Shown here: positions 10,547 to 20,024 of the stretch, piece by piece
Position numbering within the stretch: the first letter of the stretch is position 1
How the letters are laid out: every line of letters begins with the position of its first letter
DNA from: Euryarchaeota archaeon UBA125
GTDB taxonomy: Archaea > Thermoplasmatota > Poseidoniia > Poseidoniales > Thalassarchaeaceae
Length of the DNA: 64,000 bases
Assembly: GCA_002502625.1 (NCBI GenBank)
Contig: DAPV01000035.1
Span: forward strand, 6,279 to 70,278
Direction of reading: 5' to 3'
Notes under the pieces: generated by a model
Seen by the model: the letters and a program-made list of their open reading frames with translations, nothing else
Databases searched by the model: none
What the model was told of the DNA's origin: nothing
Made by a program: the position numbers and the translations under genes

Positions 10547-10774
10547 ATGAAGTCCCATGAGGCGGTACTGAGTTGGGCAGGAAACCCTGACGAATTAGAG
10601 GTACTCAAAGCCTCAATAGAAATTGATGACCCTGATTCTTTTGATATTACAATTCTACAAGATGAAATGGAAATACGTGTGCATTCAACCTCGCTCAGAA
10701 GTTTAAGAAGTACAGTAGATGACATCTTAGCGTGTCTTGCTGCTGCTGAATCTGCACTAAATCAAGTGAATTAG
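10547..10774 (+). CDS. Possible KEOPS subunit Pcc1-like small protein
   Basis: 75-aa acidic protein. ...SLRSLRSTVDDILACLAAAESAL resembles the Pcc1 C-terminal helix (..SALRGTVNSYLRWIKAAIDV..) as I recall it. Sits in the divergent MutY/NadC spacer. Confidence 0.35.
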   Translation: MKSHEAVLSWAGNPDELEVLKASIEIDDPDSFDITILQDEMEIRVHSTSLRSLRSTVDDILACLAAAESALNQVN

Positions 10775-10824
10775 ATGAAAGAAATTAATCGGAATCATTC
10801 AAACATGAAATAGGGTTCGTAGGC

Positions 10825-11856
10825 ATGGTGACAGACACTGATTCCACCGTGACGGACTCTTCGGAGTCTGGGGACCTCTCGATCACAGCCGAGAAGGTTC
10901 GACTACCGCACGACCAGAGCGGAATGCTATGGTTTGAAGATCAACCTACAGCACTTTTCCTTGAAAGTATAGATCGTTGGACGCGTACGTTACTTGAAGA
11001 TGATGGGTTCGTTCCTGTGGGTGCCTCAAAACTTACTGTAAGAGCTCGTGTTGTTACTAAAGAGGCTGGTACATTATGTGGAGTTCATGTCATTAATCGT
11101 CTTCTTGATGTTCATGTCCCCCATATCAACAGAGCATGGCAAGCCAGGGAAGGAGGGCACTTTCAATCCGGTGATGTAATTCTAATACTTGATGGAACAC
11201 CTAGAGATATCCTCTCAGTTGAACGAATAATCTTAAATTTCTTGGGAAGACTTTCTGGAATTTCTACCTTAACAGAAAAATGGACAAAGGGGCTAAGTGG
11301 AATGAAAGTGGCATCTACTCGAAAGACATCATGGGGACTTCTAGACAAATGGGCTGTCCATGTCGGGGGAGGATTAACTCATCGTCTTCGAAAAGGTGAT
11401 GCTGTAATGATCAAAGAGAACGACCAAATCGCACTGAGAGAAGATGATGAAAGTCGGTCTAAAGAGACAATGAAGAGATGGATACAGACGACCGATTTTA
11501 ATTGGCATGGGTCCTTTACAGTAATCGAAGTTGACTCTATTTCATTGGCATTAACTGTGGCAAAATCATGGTGTAATCGTATGATGGAGACAGATGAAAA
11601 TCGACCCCTTGTAATAATGTTAGACAATATGGGACCTGTAAAAACAAAAGAAGCTGTAATGGATCTGAAAAGTCATGGATACAATGAATGGATTTACACA
11701 GAAGCAAGTGGGAATGTAAAATTTGAAGATATTGATGAATGGAAAATAACCGATGTGGATGTGATTTCAACTAGCAAACTCAACATGGGAGTGTCTTCAA
11801 TTGATATGAGTATGTTATTGGATGACGAAGGTATTAGAGAAATTATACCAGAATAA
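10825..11856 (+). CDS. nadC: Nicotinate-nucleotide (quinolinate) phosphoribosyltransferase NadC
   Basis: ...ERIILNFLGRLSGISTLT...KVASTRKTSWGLLDKWAVHVGGGLTHRLRKGDAVMIKEND... Has an N-terminal acidic extension of about 50 aa. Confidence 0.8.
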   Translation: MVTDTDSTVTDSSESGDLSITAEKVRLPHDQSGMLWFEDQPTALFLESIDRWTRTLLEDDGFVPVGASKLTVRARVVTKEAGTLCGVHVINRLLDVHVPHINRAWQAREGGHFQSGDVILILDGTPRDILSVERIILNFLGRLSGISTLTEKWTKGLSGMKVASTRKTSWGLLDKWAVHVGGGLTHRLRKGDAVMIKENDQIALREDDESRSKETMKRWIQTTDFNWHGSFTVIEVDSISLALTVAKSWCNRMMETDENRPLVIMLDNMGPVKTKEAVMDLKSHGYNEWIYTEASGNVKFEDIDEWKITDVDVISTSKLNMGVSSIDMSMLLDDEGIREIIPE

Positions 11857-11877
11857 TCAAAACTATGAGGAGAAAAT

Positions 11878-12642
11878 ATGGGCGATATCCCAGAATCACA
11901 TCCTCGAAGGGAGTCATTATTGTCTAGACAAAAACTAGTTGATGCTGCTTCAAAGGGAATGTTAGCAGAATCGGCATTGATTGCACATGGAAGAGGTGAA
12001 GCCTTCGATTATCTCTTAGGAGAGAAAACCTGTGATTCTGCTAGATTAGCGATTACGGAAACTGCATATAGATTACTAAATTCTGAAAAATGTGTTATTT
12101 CAGTCAATGGAAATACAGTTGCACTTGCAGGACCGCAACTGATTGCCTGTGCCGCAGTATTGAACTGCCCTATTGAAGTCAACATTTACTATAGAACCCC
12201 AAAAAGAATGGAGGTTTTACTTTCGACATTAATGGAACAACAACAACTTGCATTGAAATTATATCCTCAAATAAAGAACAAAATTACTGAAGTAGAAATT
12301 CTTGGAGGAAGCCCAGATAGTAGAATCCCTAACCTTGAGGGGCCGCGAGCTCGATGTCATTCAGAAGGGATAATATCGGCTGATACAATACTTGTTCCTC
12401 TAGAAGATGGAGATCGTTGTGAAGCACTTATTGCAATGGGGAAAACTGTGTGTGTCATTGATCTCAACCCATTATCCAGAACCGCACAGATGGCTACAGT
12501 AACTATTGTAGATGAGTTAACACGTTGCGTTCCGATTCTTCTTGAAACATTAATGCAAAACTCAGTTAAATCCCTTAGATGGAATAATAAGGAAAATTTA
12601 GAAAATGTCATTCAAGAAATACTTAGAAATTTCAATAATTAA
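11878..12642 (+). CDS. Archaeal 4-phosphopantoate--beta-alanine ligase (phosphopantothenate synthetase, COG1701/DUF137)-like
   Basis: ...LIAHGRGEAFDYLLGEKT... and overall size (254 aa) fit the archaeal PPS family as I recall it. Not verifiable without a search. Confidence 0.45.
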   Translation: MGDIPESHPRRESLLSRQKLVDAASKGMLAESALIAHGRGEAFDYLLGEKTCDSARLAITETAYRLLNSEKCVISVNGNTVALAGPQLIACAAVLNCPIEVNIYYRTPKRMEVLLSTLMEQQQLALKLYPQIKNKITEVEILGGSPDSRIPNLEGPRARCHSEGIISADTILVPLEDGDRCEALIAMGKTVCVIDLNPLSRTAQMATVTIVDELTRCVPILLETLMQNSVKSLRWNNKENLENVIQEILRNFNN

Positions 12643-12643
12643 A

Positions 12644-13837
12644 CTAAGCATTGTCATAGTGAGATTTTAGTTTATCAGTTACAGAGTCACATATTGCTAA
12701 CGAAACCTCAGAAGTGGAAGCAGAACCGCCTAAATCATAAGTTAATGGATTTCCTTTGGCAATCAATTCTTCAATAGCTGACTCTACTATTTGAGAAACA
12801 ATAGTTGCATCCGGATCGTCTTTTCTGCGACCTAACCATTCAAACATTAATTGAACTGAACTCAGCATTGCTATTGGATTCACTTGTCCTTTACCTGCTC
12901 TTTTAGGTGTTGAACCATGAACTGGTTCAAACAACATATGATGATCACCGATATTCGCACTTGCTGCCATACCCATGCCACCTTGAAGTGCACTAGCTAA
13001 ATCTGTAACAATATCACCAAACATGTTTGGAACGACTACTACGTCATAAAATTCAGGTTGACGGACCAACCACATAGTAAACGCATCAATGTATGATTCA
13101 TCGGTTTCAATATTAGGGAAATCCGCAGCTATTTCTCGGTAAATTTTTCTAAACAGTTGACAGCCTCGAGTAACATTACTTTTGTCAACACAGGTTACTC
13201 TTGTAGTACCATCAGAAGGATTTCCTGATCTTTGTAATGCAAGTTCAAAAGAAAAACGTATGACTCTTTCTGATCCTATACGGGAAATAGGGCGAGGATC
13301 CCAAGCAAATTCTCCATCCATTCCAGGTATTGAAATATCTGAAATTCCAGAATATTCCTCTCCTCTAGCCAAGTGTGCAGAGCGAGAAAGTAATGGCTGA
13401 TACAGCCCCTCGGTATTTTCTCGAATAATACTCATATCAACTAGTCCAGGAGTCCAAACTTGTTTGAATTCTCCATGAATTTTATGCCGAATCCCATTGT
13501 ACAATTTTATTGGTCGAACATTAGCAAATAAATCGAGGCCTGAACGTAACCCCAGTATTACTTGTCCGCCAGCAAGATCCCCATTCGGCTTAACAGCTCC
13601 AGGCCAACCAATTGCACCAAGAAGAATGGCATCAGATTCATCTCTACAATGTTCAAATGATCCAGCCGGCCACTCTTCACCTGTTTCAAGATAATATTGC
13701 CCCCCACAAGGGATTTCGGTAATTGAAAATGACAAAGGCGAATGCTGCTCTACAACTTTCAATAAATTAAGGGCCTCTGAAGTAACTTCTCGGCCAGTTC
13801 CATCTCCCGGTAAAACTGTGATACGATGGCTGGCCAT
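12644..13837 (-). CDS. Beta-decarboxylating dehydrogenase (3-isopropylmalate / isocitrate / homoisocitrate dehydrogenase family)
   Basis: N-terminal ITVLPGDGTGREV and ...NMFGDIVTDLASALQGGMGMAASANIG... Confidence 0.85.
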   Translation of the reverse strand: MASHRITVLPGDGTGREVTSEALNLLKVVEQHSPLSFSITEIPCGGQYYLETGEEWPAGSFEHCRDESDAILLGAIGWPGAVKPNGDLAGGQVILGLRSGLDLFANVRPIKLYNGIRHKIHGEFKQVWTPGLVDMSIIRENTEGLYQPLLSRSAHLARGEEYSGISDISIPGMDGEFAWDPRPISRIGSERVIRFSFELALQRSGNPSDGTTRVTCVDKSNVTRGCQLFRKIYREIAADFPNIETDESYIDAFTMWLVRQPEFYDVVVVPNMFGDIVTDLASALQGGMGMAASANIGDHHMLFEPVHGSTPKRAGKGQVNPIAMLSSVQLMFEWLGRRKDDPDATIVSQIVESAIEELIAKGNPLTYDLGGSASTSEVSLAICDSVTDKLKSHYDNA

Positions 13838-13938
13838 GACTTTCCCAATCGGTAATCATTCATCAATGCCCCTGTCTAAAACATAAATGGGCAAAACAAG
13901 GGAATCGTTCATAGACGGGGGTGATGAGTTAGTAGGCT

Positions 13939-14538
13939 ATGGATGAACAGGGGTCATCTGAAGATTCGACAAAAATTCGTATAGATCCTGATTCTCTGCC
14001 AATAGAAGTTCGGGAATTATGGGAAAATATGCTTCGAATAGATCCTTCTTGGAACTTGTATGATTGGTTAATAGAATGTGCAAATCAAGAAATGGAACTA
14101 CTTGTATCAAAACTCAATGAAGAACAATTAAAATTAGAACATCGTCAACATCGAATTGAACGATTGATTGAACGTGTTGAAAGACAAATGAATGACTCAA
14201 AACGCATTAATGACCCTCATCAAAAGAATTTGTTTGATGCATATAAACAACCAAAGTCCGATATTGCCCCCAAAATTGTGGTGATTCAATCAGAAGAAAT
14301 AATCTCAACGGAAGACATTGATGCTGTAGATGATGATCCGATCTTACGAATCTGTTGCGAACATATTCTTCAAGAAATGGAAGAGTCGCAAGATGCTGTT
14401 CTTCATGAAGATGAAATGATGGAAGTCTGTTCCTTACTAGGCTTTGATTCAAAAGAAGTCAAAGAAGCAATTGAACATCTGATGTCTTCAAATCAAATTA
14501 TCCATCTCGGTGATGGGCTCTACGGCTTTGCAGATTAA
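13939..14538 (+). CDS. Hypothetical coiled-coil protein with C-terminal winged-helix-like region
   Basis: Central heptad-rich segment, C-terminal ...MMEVCSLLGFDSKEVKEAIEHLMSSNQIIHLGDGLYGF. Confidence 0.4.
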   Translation: MDEQGSSEDSTKIRIDPDSLPIEVRELWENMLRIDPSWNLYDWLIECANQEMELLVSKLNEEQLKLEHRQHRIERLIERVERQMNDSKRINDPHQKNLFDAYKQPKSDIAPKIVVIQSEEIISTEDIDAVDDDPILRICCEHILQEMEESQDAVLHEDEMMEVCSLLGFDSKEVKEAIEHLMSSNQIIHLGDGLYGFAD

Positions 14539-14596
14539 TGGGGCCCGGGGTTCCCCCATCCACTCATAATATAGTTTGGAGACTAAGAGAATATTG

Positions 14597-15364
14597 ATGC
14601 CTCGTTTAATCGCTATAATTCTTGGATTTCTTTCTGCATACTACCTTTGGACGCTTTGGCCAGCTCCCATACCTACAATTTCGACTTGGATAATTGTGAC
14701 GACTCTTGTTGATGCGCCGTATAATTCATCAAATCATAGAAAATTCAAGCAATTATATTCAGAACGGACAAAAAATGCCGAGCATTTATCTCGTGAATTA
14801 AGGGATATTCGGGTTAATTTTGACAAGTTGAATAAATTTTCAAGAGAATTGGAAGATGAATTAACGAGAAGAGATGCTATTGGAGCCCCTGAAGCAAGGA
14901 AATTGTTAGATGAACAAAGAAGAGCCTTGGCTATTCAAGAAAGTGCAATGAAAGAAACAATGAAAGCGATAGATAAACAAAATCAAATGATGATTAGAAA
15001 TCAAGAGTTATTGGATGGAATTCGGCAATCACAGAGATTTGAAACAGAGAAATGGAACCAGATGAAAGAGATGATTGAAGTCTTAATGGATGGGCACGCT
15101 CGAAGAAATGAAAACACGCGTGCGCAAGCTATGGAAGATGCAAGAAGAGTAAATCAAGAAGTCTTCGAAAATAACCGATCTGTACAAGGTATGCTGAGTG
15201 ATTTATTATCAGACATTGCAAGATTACCAAGGCATCAAACGATTTCGGTTGCTGATTCGGTTATGGTTTCAGATTCAAATAAAAAAGGTACAATCACATT
15301 ACCAGATTTACCGAAAAATATTGCTGACTCATGGGTCCGAGCACTTGAAGAAGACATGCAATAA
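14597..15364 (+). CDS. Hypothetical membrane-anchored coiled-coil protein
   Basis: N-terminal TM helix LIAIILGFLSAYYLWTLW, then a long charged coiled coil. Start moved to the first ATG after the TTG at 14576. Confidence 0.4.
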   Translation: MPRLIAIILGFLSAYYLWTLWPAPIPTISTWIIVTTLVDAPYNSSNHRKFKQLYSERTKNAEHLSRELRDIRVNFDKLNKFSRELEDELTRRDAIGAPEARKLLDEQRRALAIQESAMKETMKAIDKQNQMMIRNQELLDGIRQSQRFETEKWNQMKEMIEVLMDGHARRNENTRAQAMEDARRVNQEVFENNRSVQGMLSDLLSDIARLPRHQTISVADSVMVSDSNKKGTITLPDLPKNIADSWVRALEEDMQ

Positions 15365-15373
15365 TTGTGGACC

Positions 15374-16093
15374 ATGAAATCTAATGAGGTGGACCACGTT
15401 ACCCCTCCAGAAATCGATGAGCTAGATATCTTGAAACATAGATTAGATTCAGAATTTCAGCGAACAATATTCAGAATAATTTCATTGATACTTACTTGGT
15501 TGATTGGGATTTTTAGTATCTACATGCTTATTGATGTTGAACCATTAGTGAATCAGGTTGGTATTCCAAGTTCGATATTGTTTATTCTATTGTTTCCAAT
15601 TTTATTGATTATTGCATGGGGTGCAGCTGATCATCAACGAAGAGTAGACTCGAATGAAAGTATTAGAGAAACTCATCATGAGAGAGTGGAATCTGATGTT
15701 GATCAAATTATCAATAATGTATCGAATGATCCTCTTGCAAAAGAAGTTAGTTCGTCTGGGGGAGCAATATACAGAACAAGAGGAAAAGATCCCAAAGGAG
15801 TTGCTTTTGGCGGGGGCGCTGACACCTTTGATTCAAAGATGCCAGCAATTGATGGAATGGACTTGAAAATAGAACACGAAGGTCTTGAAGCAGAATTAGA
15901 GCGAAGTACATTGATTAAGGTTGAAGCTGACAATGTTGCTGCTGAAATTTCACAGACATCATGGGAAAGAGCTGAAAGAAATGATCCCGAATTAATTGAA
16001 GCCGGAGTTGAACGTTTGGGCGATTTAGTTGGACAAGGTCATTTTGGAGGTCCGGTTCCATCTAATTCAGAAGAATATTCTGAAAGTCCATGA
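15374..16093 (+). CDS. Hypothetical membrane protein (two TM helices, acidic C-terminal domain)
   Basis: IFRIISLILTWLIGIFSIYMLI and ILFILLFPILLIIAWGAA helices. Confidence 0.4.
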   Translation: MKSNEVDHVTPPEIDELDILKHRLDSEFQRTIFRIISLILTWLIGIFSIYMLIDVEPLVNQVGIPSSILFILLFPILLIIAWGAADHQRRVDSNESIRETHHERVESDVDQIINNVSNDPLAKEVSSSGGAIYRTRGKDPKGVAFGGGADTFDSKMPAIDGMDLKIEHEGLEAELERSTLIKVEADNVAAEISQTSWERAERNDPELIEAGVERLGDLVGQGHFGGPVPSNSEEYSESP

Positions 16094-16115
16094 ACCATGA
16101 CTAGAAGGGAAGTAT

Positions 16116-16904
16116 ATGCCGGAGTCGATGAAGGCCATTCTCGTAGCCGGTGGACACGGTTCTCGTCTATTGCCATTCACCAGGTATATGCAAAAAGCAA
16201 TGCTTCCTCTTCATAGAAGGCCCGTCATTGATTTTGCTCTCGGATTCATTAGACGTGCAGGAATTCAAGATATCACTATCATTGGAAATCGGTTTATCGG
16301 ACAAATTGCGCAACATGTAGGTGTAGGATTGCCTGGTGAAAATATACATTATGTAATCGAAGAAGAGCCGCAGGGAGTTGCGTATGCGCTTAACTTGGCT
16401 AGACCTCATGTCGAAGGTAGTCGTTTGATGGTGTATTTTTCTGATAATATTACTACAGCTGATTTAATCGAAGAAGTAGATATGTGGAAAAAATCAGAAG
16501 ATGCCCCTGGTTGTCTTTTACTGGGGCGATCTGTAAGTGATCCGAGGGCTTTTGGCGTAGGTGTTTTTGATGAAAATGGGAAATTGACAGACATCGTAGA
16601 AAAACCGGCCAATCCTCCTAGCAATATTGCAATCGGTGGAATCTATCTTTATGACGAAAGATTCTGGGATCTTCTCGATGAAGTGAGTGCAACTGAATCT
16701 GATGGCTTCTCTATTTCGGATCTAAATCGCAAATACATTGCAATGGGAGATATTCATCTCAAAGACCTTGGAGATCAAGAATGGTTGGATTGTGGGACTC
16801 CTGATGCATTACTTCGTGCTGCAGAGTTGGCAAAAGAGGGATTACTCTCTCCGGAACCATGCAATTTGCGCCCTGGAGATCCTGATCCTTTTGGTTCGCA
16901 ATAA
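16116..16904 (+). CDS. Sugar-1-phosphate nucleotidyltransferase (RmlA/GalU-like)
   Basis: MKAILVAGGHGSRLLPFT...KAMLPL... G-loop and fold. Confidence 0.75.
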   Translation: MPESMKAILVAGGHGSRLLPFTRYMQKAMLPLHRRPVIDFALGFIRRAGIQDITIIGNRFIGQIAQHVGVGLPGENIHYVIEEEPQGVAYALNLARPHVEGSRLMVYFSDNITTADLIEEVDMWKKSEDAPGCLLLGRSVSDPRAFGVGVFDENGKLTDIVEKPANPPSNIAIGGIYLYDERFWDLLDEVSATESDGFSISDLNRKYIAMGDIHLKDLGDQEWLDCGTPDALLRAAELAKEGLLSPEPCNLRPGDPDPFGSQ

Positions 16905-16919
16905 AATGGATGTGATGAA

Positions 16920-17744
16920 ATGAAAGTAGGGATAATCGGTGCTGGAATTGTTGGCGGAGCAATGGAGCATTGGTTCTCAGATATTCATGAATTATTTATT
17001 CACGACCCTGTTAGAGGAACTACCCTATCAGATGTGACAGATAATGTGGATATGGCATATATCGCAGTCCCAACTCCAATGTCAGACACCGATGGGTCAT
17101 GTGATCTTTCTATTGTAAAGTCAATATTAAATGAATTACCAAATGGATTTACTGCAGTAATAAAAAGTACTGTTGTTCCAGGTACAACTCAAAAATTTCA
17201 TGATGAGTATCCACATCTAAAAATCGCATATTCTCCTGAATTTTTAGTTGAAAGACGTCATTTAGAAGATTTTGGTAATCAAGATATTCTTGTCTGTGGA
17301 ACGCATCATGAAGATGTTGCTAAACGAGTTTTTGAACAACACATTGATGCCGGAGTGTTGAAAACGGATCAGACATTTTTTGTTGACCCATCAGTTGCTG
17401 AAATGGTCAAATATGCAAAAAATACATTTTATGCTGTTAAGGTAATTTTTGCTAATCAAATGTACGATATTTGCACTGGGTTAAATGCAGATTGGTACAA
17501 AGTAAAAGAGATAATTACGTCCACTCAAGCTCAACCAATCGGAGATTCGCATTTAGATCCTATTTTTGGATTGAATCGAGGATTTGGTGGAAAATGTCTA
17601 CCAAAGGATAGCAATGCTCTGAGAGTATTGGCTGAAGAATTAGGGGTGAAATATGATTGGATGGAGGCTATTCAATCAGATAATTATCGATTAAGAAATA
17701 TCCTAACGGGTAAACCATCTGATGTAGAGACTGGGGATGACTGA
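16920..17744 (+). CDS. Nucleotide-sugar dehydrogenase (UDP-glucose/GDP-mannose DH family), short form lacking the C-terminal UDP-binding domain
   Basis: Rossmann [13 protein letters not shown] and catalytic-Cys motif [10 protein letters not shown] (cf. GGSCFPKD). Only 274 aa; stops 38 nt before the next gene. Confidence 0.6.
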   Translation: MKVGIIGAGIVGGAMEHWFSDIHELFIHDPVRGTTLSDVTDNVDMAYIAVPTPMSDTDGSCDLSIVKSILNELPNGFTAVIKSTVVPGTTQKFHDEYPHLKIAYSPEFLVERRHLEDFGNQDILVCGTHHEDVAKRVFEQHIDAGVLKTDQTFFVDPSVAEMVKYAKNTFYAVKVIFANQMYDICTGLNADWYKVKEIITSTQAQPIGDSHLDPIFGLNRGFGGKCLPKDSNALRVLAEELGVKYDWMEAIQSDNYRLRNILTGKPSDVETGDD

Positions 17745-17782
17745 TGTTTTCTGGACGCTAGATTGATGTGAGGGCAGGCTAG

Positions 17783-18229
17783 GTGAGGGGTATGCTTCCA
17801 GACACGCTGCACACCCTCCCACAGAACGAACGGTTTGCTTATGCTAAACTTCTTGCATTCATTGCAAAGATAGATAATGATGTTACTGTCGATGAAATGG
17901 CTATGTTTGAACAACGAATGGGAACTGCTTTACTATCTCCAAATCAAAGAGCTGCTATTCGTGATTATCTCCAGAATCCACCTACACTTTCTGAATGTCT
18001 TGAAGACTTGAAAACTAGTTCTGATGGCAGAGCTGGAAAATTAGCATTGCGTGATGCTATAATGATGTCTGCCGCCGATGGAACTGTAGATGAAGACGAA
18101 TTTGATGTGCTCATAAAAATTGCTACTGGATTAGGAATGGAAGAATCCGTAGTTGATAATTTGCTTGATTGGGTCATGGATGGATACGATTGGATGGATC
18201 GCGGAACAAAGATCCTTGATGCTTCGTGA
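17783..18229 (+). CDS. TerB-like domain protein (paralogue A of tandem pair)
   Basis: Two TerB-like half-repeats (..IAKIDNDVTVDEMAMFEQ.., ..MMSAADGTVDEDEFDVLIKIA..) and C-terminal W-rich motif LLDWVMDGYDWMD. Confidence 0.5.
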   Translation: MRGMLPDTLHTLPQNERFAYAKLLAFIAKIDNDVTVDEMAMFEQRMGTALLSPNQRAAIRDYLQNPPTLSECLEDLKTSSDGRAGKLALRDAIMMSAADGTVDEDEFDVLIKIATGLGMEESVVDNLLDWVMDGYDWMDRGTKILDAS

Positions 18230-18238
18230 GGGAGCCAA

Positions 18239-18703
18239 GTGTTACCTGACGCTATTGATTTTCTAGAAGATGAAGATCGAGAGGGGTATGTTCGAATCTT
18301 AATTGCCATGGCTGGAGCAGATGGAACGTTGGTTAGGGAAGAAACTGCTGCCATCGAAGCTGCAATGGGAAGAGCATTGATTCCTCCTGGAAAAAGAGAT
18401 TTGTTAAGACAAGAGTTGAAAACAAAATTGAATATTGAAAATGTAGTTGTAGGAATGAGTAACGTTGCAATGAGGTTAGCGTTACGTGATGCAACAATTG
18501 TAGGAGCGTGTGATGGTGAATTTCAAGAAGAAGAAATTCAGTTTCTTCTAGAATTAGCAAAACACTGTGATTTGGGAGAAAAGGATCTGAATCGAATCTT
18601 TAAGTGGGTTGATCAGGGATGGACGTGGTTACAAGACTCAAGAGAGTGGTTAAATTTAGCAGTTGAAACTGATGAAAACGATATACTTGATGACAATGAA
18701 TAA
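18239..18703 (+). CDS. TerB-like domain protein (paralogue B of tandem pair)
   Basis: ..IAMAGADGTLVREETAAIEAAMG.., ..IVGACDGEFQEEEIQFLLELA.., C-terminal IFKWVDQGWTWLQ. Same architecture as 17783-18229. Confidence 0.5.
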   Translation: MLPDAIDFLEDEDREGYVRILIAMAGADGTLVREETAAIEAAMGRALIPPGKRDLLRQELKTKLNIENVVVGMSNVAMRLALRDATIVGACDGEFQEEEIQFLLELAKHCDLGEKDLNRIFKWVDQGWTWLQDSREWLNLAVETDENDILDDNE

Positions 18704-18841
18704 AATATTCATTTAAAATTCGGCTAAGAACTAGAAACAGATTTTGATAACTAATCATCAATGAACAGGAGGATGGTTCATAGAGGTGAACAATCTTCGT
18801 TAGGCTACGCGCGATGTATCGTTCGGAGGCGAAGACTAAGA

Positions 18842-19426
18842 ATGGGTGTTCATCCGAAGATCGGAATAACAGGGCTTCCTCGCAGCGGTAAGTCCGCTGT
18901 GATGCAAAAAGTCGTGGAGATGTTAGTTAACGAAAGGACTAGTGAACTTAGGGCTCGTGGCGAAGGTACAGTTGATGTCCTAATTATTGCAGGAATGAGA
19001 ACTGAGCCATTAATCGAAGATGGAGAAAGAAAGGGATATCGTTGCATAGATATTGTTACTCAAGAAGAGGCAATTATGGCACACAAAGATATTGATTCAA
19101 GGAACAGGGTCTTTGGGTTTGGAATAGACACGGACACCATGAATACAGTAGCAATTCCAGCCATACAACATGCTATGGACAAGGCAGAAGTAATAGTCAT
19201 TGATGAAATTGGTAAATTTAGTGTTGAATCCGAAGAATTTGTCAAGATTGTAAGAGCCGCATTAGAATTAGACAAACCTACAGTAATGACTCTAGCAAAA
19301 AAATCACGACATCCTTTACTTCAAGACATTAGGCGACGCGATGATGCTCGAATTCTTGAGGTAACTCCAGTAAATCGTGCTCTTCTTCCTTACAAAATTC
19401 ACAAATTAATGCGTGAGACCTTTTAA
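18842..19426 (+). CDS. NTPase THEP1 family (COG1618)
   Basis: Walker A KIGITGLPRSGKSAV, Walker B VIVIDEIGKF, size about 190 aa. The ORF track allows an Arg-rich N-terminal extension from 18761/18773. Confidence 0.65.
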   Translation: MGVHPKIGITGLPRSGKSAVMQKVVEMLVNERTSELRARGEGTVDVLIIAGMRTEPLIEDGERKGYRCIDIVTQEEAIMAHKDIDSRNRVFGFGIDTDTMNTVAIPAIQHAMDKAEVIVIDEIGKFSVESEEFVKIVRAALELDKPTVMTLAKKSRHPLLQDIRRRDDARILEVTPVNRALLPYKIHKLMRETF

Positions 19427-19465
19427 TCTCCGTTCATTTCATGCACGTAATCGGTATGTGATGCC

Positions 19466-19837
19466 ATGGAGACGCCTGCAAAGACCGTCGAACGATTGGT
19501 TTGGCTAGTAGCAACGGTTACTGCATTTGGTGGTGGAAATTTACTTCTTAATCTTCCAGAATGTGATGCTAATACGATGTGTTCTTATCAAGAAATGTTT
19601 GATTGGAAACTTGGAATTGGTTTGTTATCTATATCATTAATTGGAATCATATTGGGGATACAAGCCATATTAGCAAGAAATACAAATAAGAAAATTTGGA
19701 TTACAATAATATTTGATGATAGATCTGAACGTGAAGTAATTCAAGATGCAATAATTGAGGACGATATAACCGATATTTCAGATGGGTGGGCAAAGTTAGA
19801 AGAGCGTCATCTTACAAATAGATTGGAAGAAGAATAA
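19466..19837 (+). CDS. Small hypothetical membrane protein
   Basis: Two hydrophobic helices (LVWLVATVTAFGG; IGLLSISLIGIILGIQAILA). Confidence 0.35.
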   Translation: METPAKTVERLVWLVATVTAFGGGNLLLNLPECDANTMCSYQEMFDWKLGIGLLSISLIGIILGIQAILARNTNKKIWITIIFDDRSEREVIQDAIIEDDITDISDGWAKLEERHLTNRLEEE

Positions 19838-19914
19838 TGGAGCACAGGAGGGGATTCGAACCCCTGTAAAATGGATTTGCAGTCCATCGCGTAACCGGGC
19901 TTTGCTACCTGTGC
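19838..19914 (-). tRNA. tRNA-Cys (anticodon GCA)
   Basis: Minus-strand RNA GCACAGGUAGCAAAGCCCGGUUACGCGAUGGACUGCAAAUCCAUUUUACAGGGGUUCGAAUCCCCUCCUGUGCUCCA. 7-bp acceptor, anticodon stem AUGGA/UCCAU with loop CUGCAAA, T-arm AGGGG-UUCGAAU-CCCCU, encoded CCA. The D-arm GCAA...CGCG resembles the unusual D-arm of archaeal tRNA-Cys. Confidence 0.85.
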
Positions 19915-19935
19915 GTTAAACGAGCGTGCATCCAG

Positions 19936-19946
19936 TTCTATATGAA
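19936..19946 (-). promoter_or_regulatory. Archaeal TATA box for tRNA-Cys
   Basis: Minus-strand TTCATATAGAA centred about 27 nt upstream of tRNA position +1. Confidence 0.5.
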
Positions 19947-20024
19947 AACGACGAGGAATAGAAATCGACAAGATAAACAAAAAACGGCGAGAAGTCTATC
20001 AATAAAGTATAGTGAGACGGGTAT

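Noticed and set aside
18761-18841. Arg-rich N-terminal extension (MVHRGEQSSLGYARCIVRRRRLR) on the THEP1 NTPase
   Set aside because: THEP1-family proteins start at the Walker A loop. The internal ATG at 18842 with an upstream GGAGG gives the canonical length, so the extension is probably untranslated leader. Left as an alternative start only.
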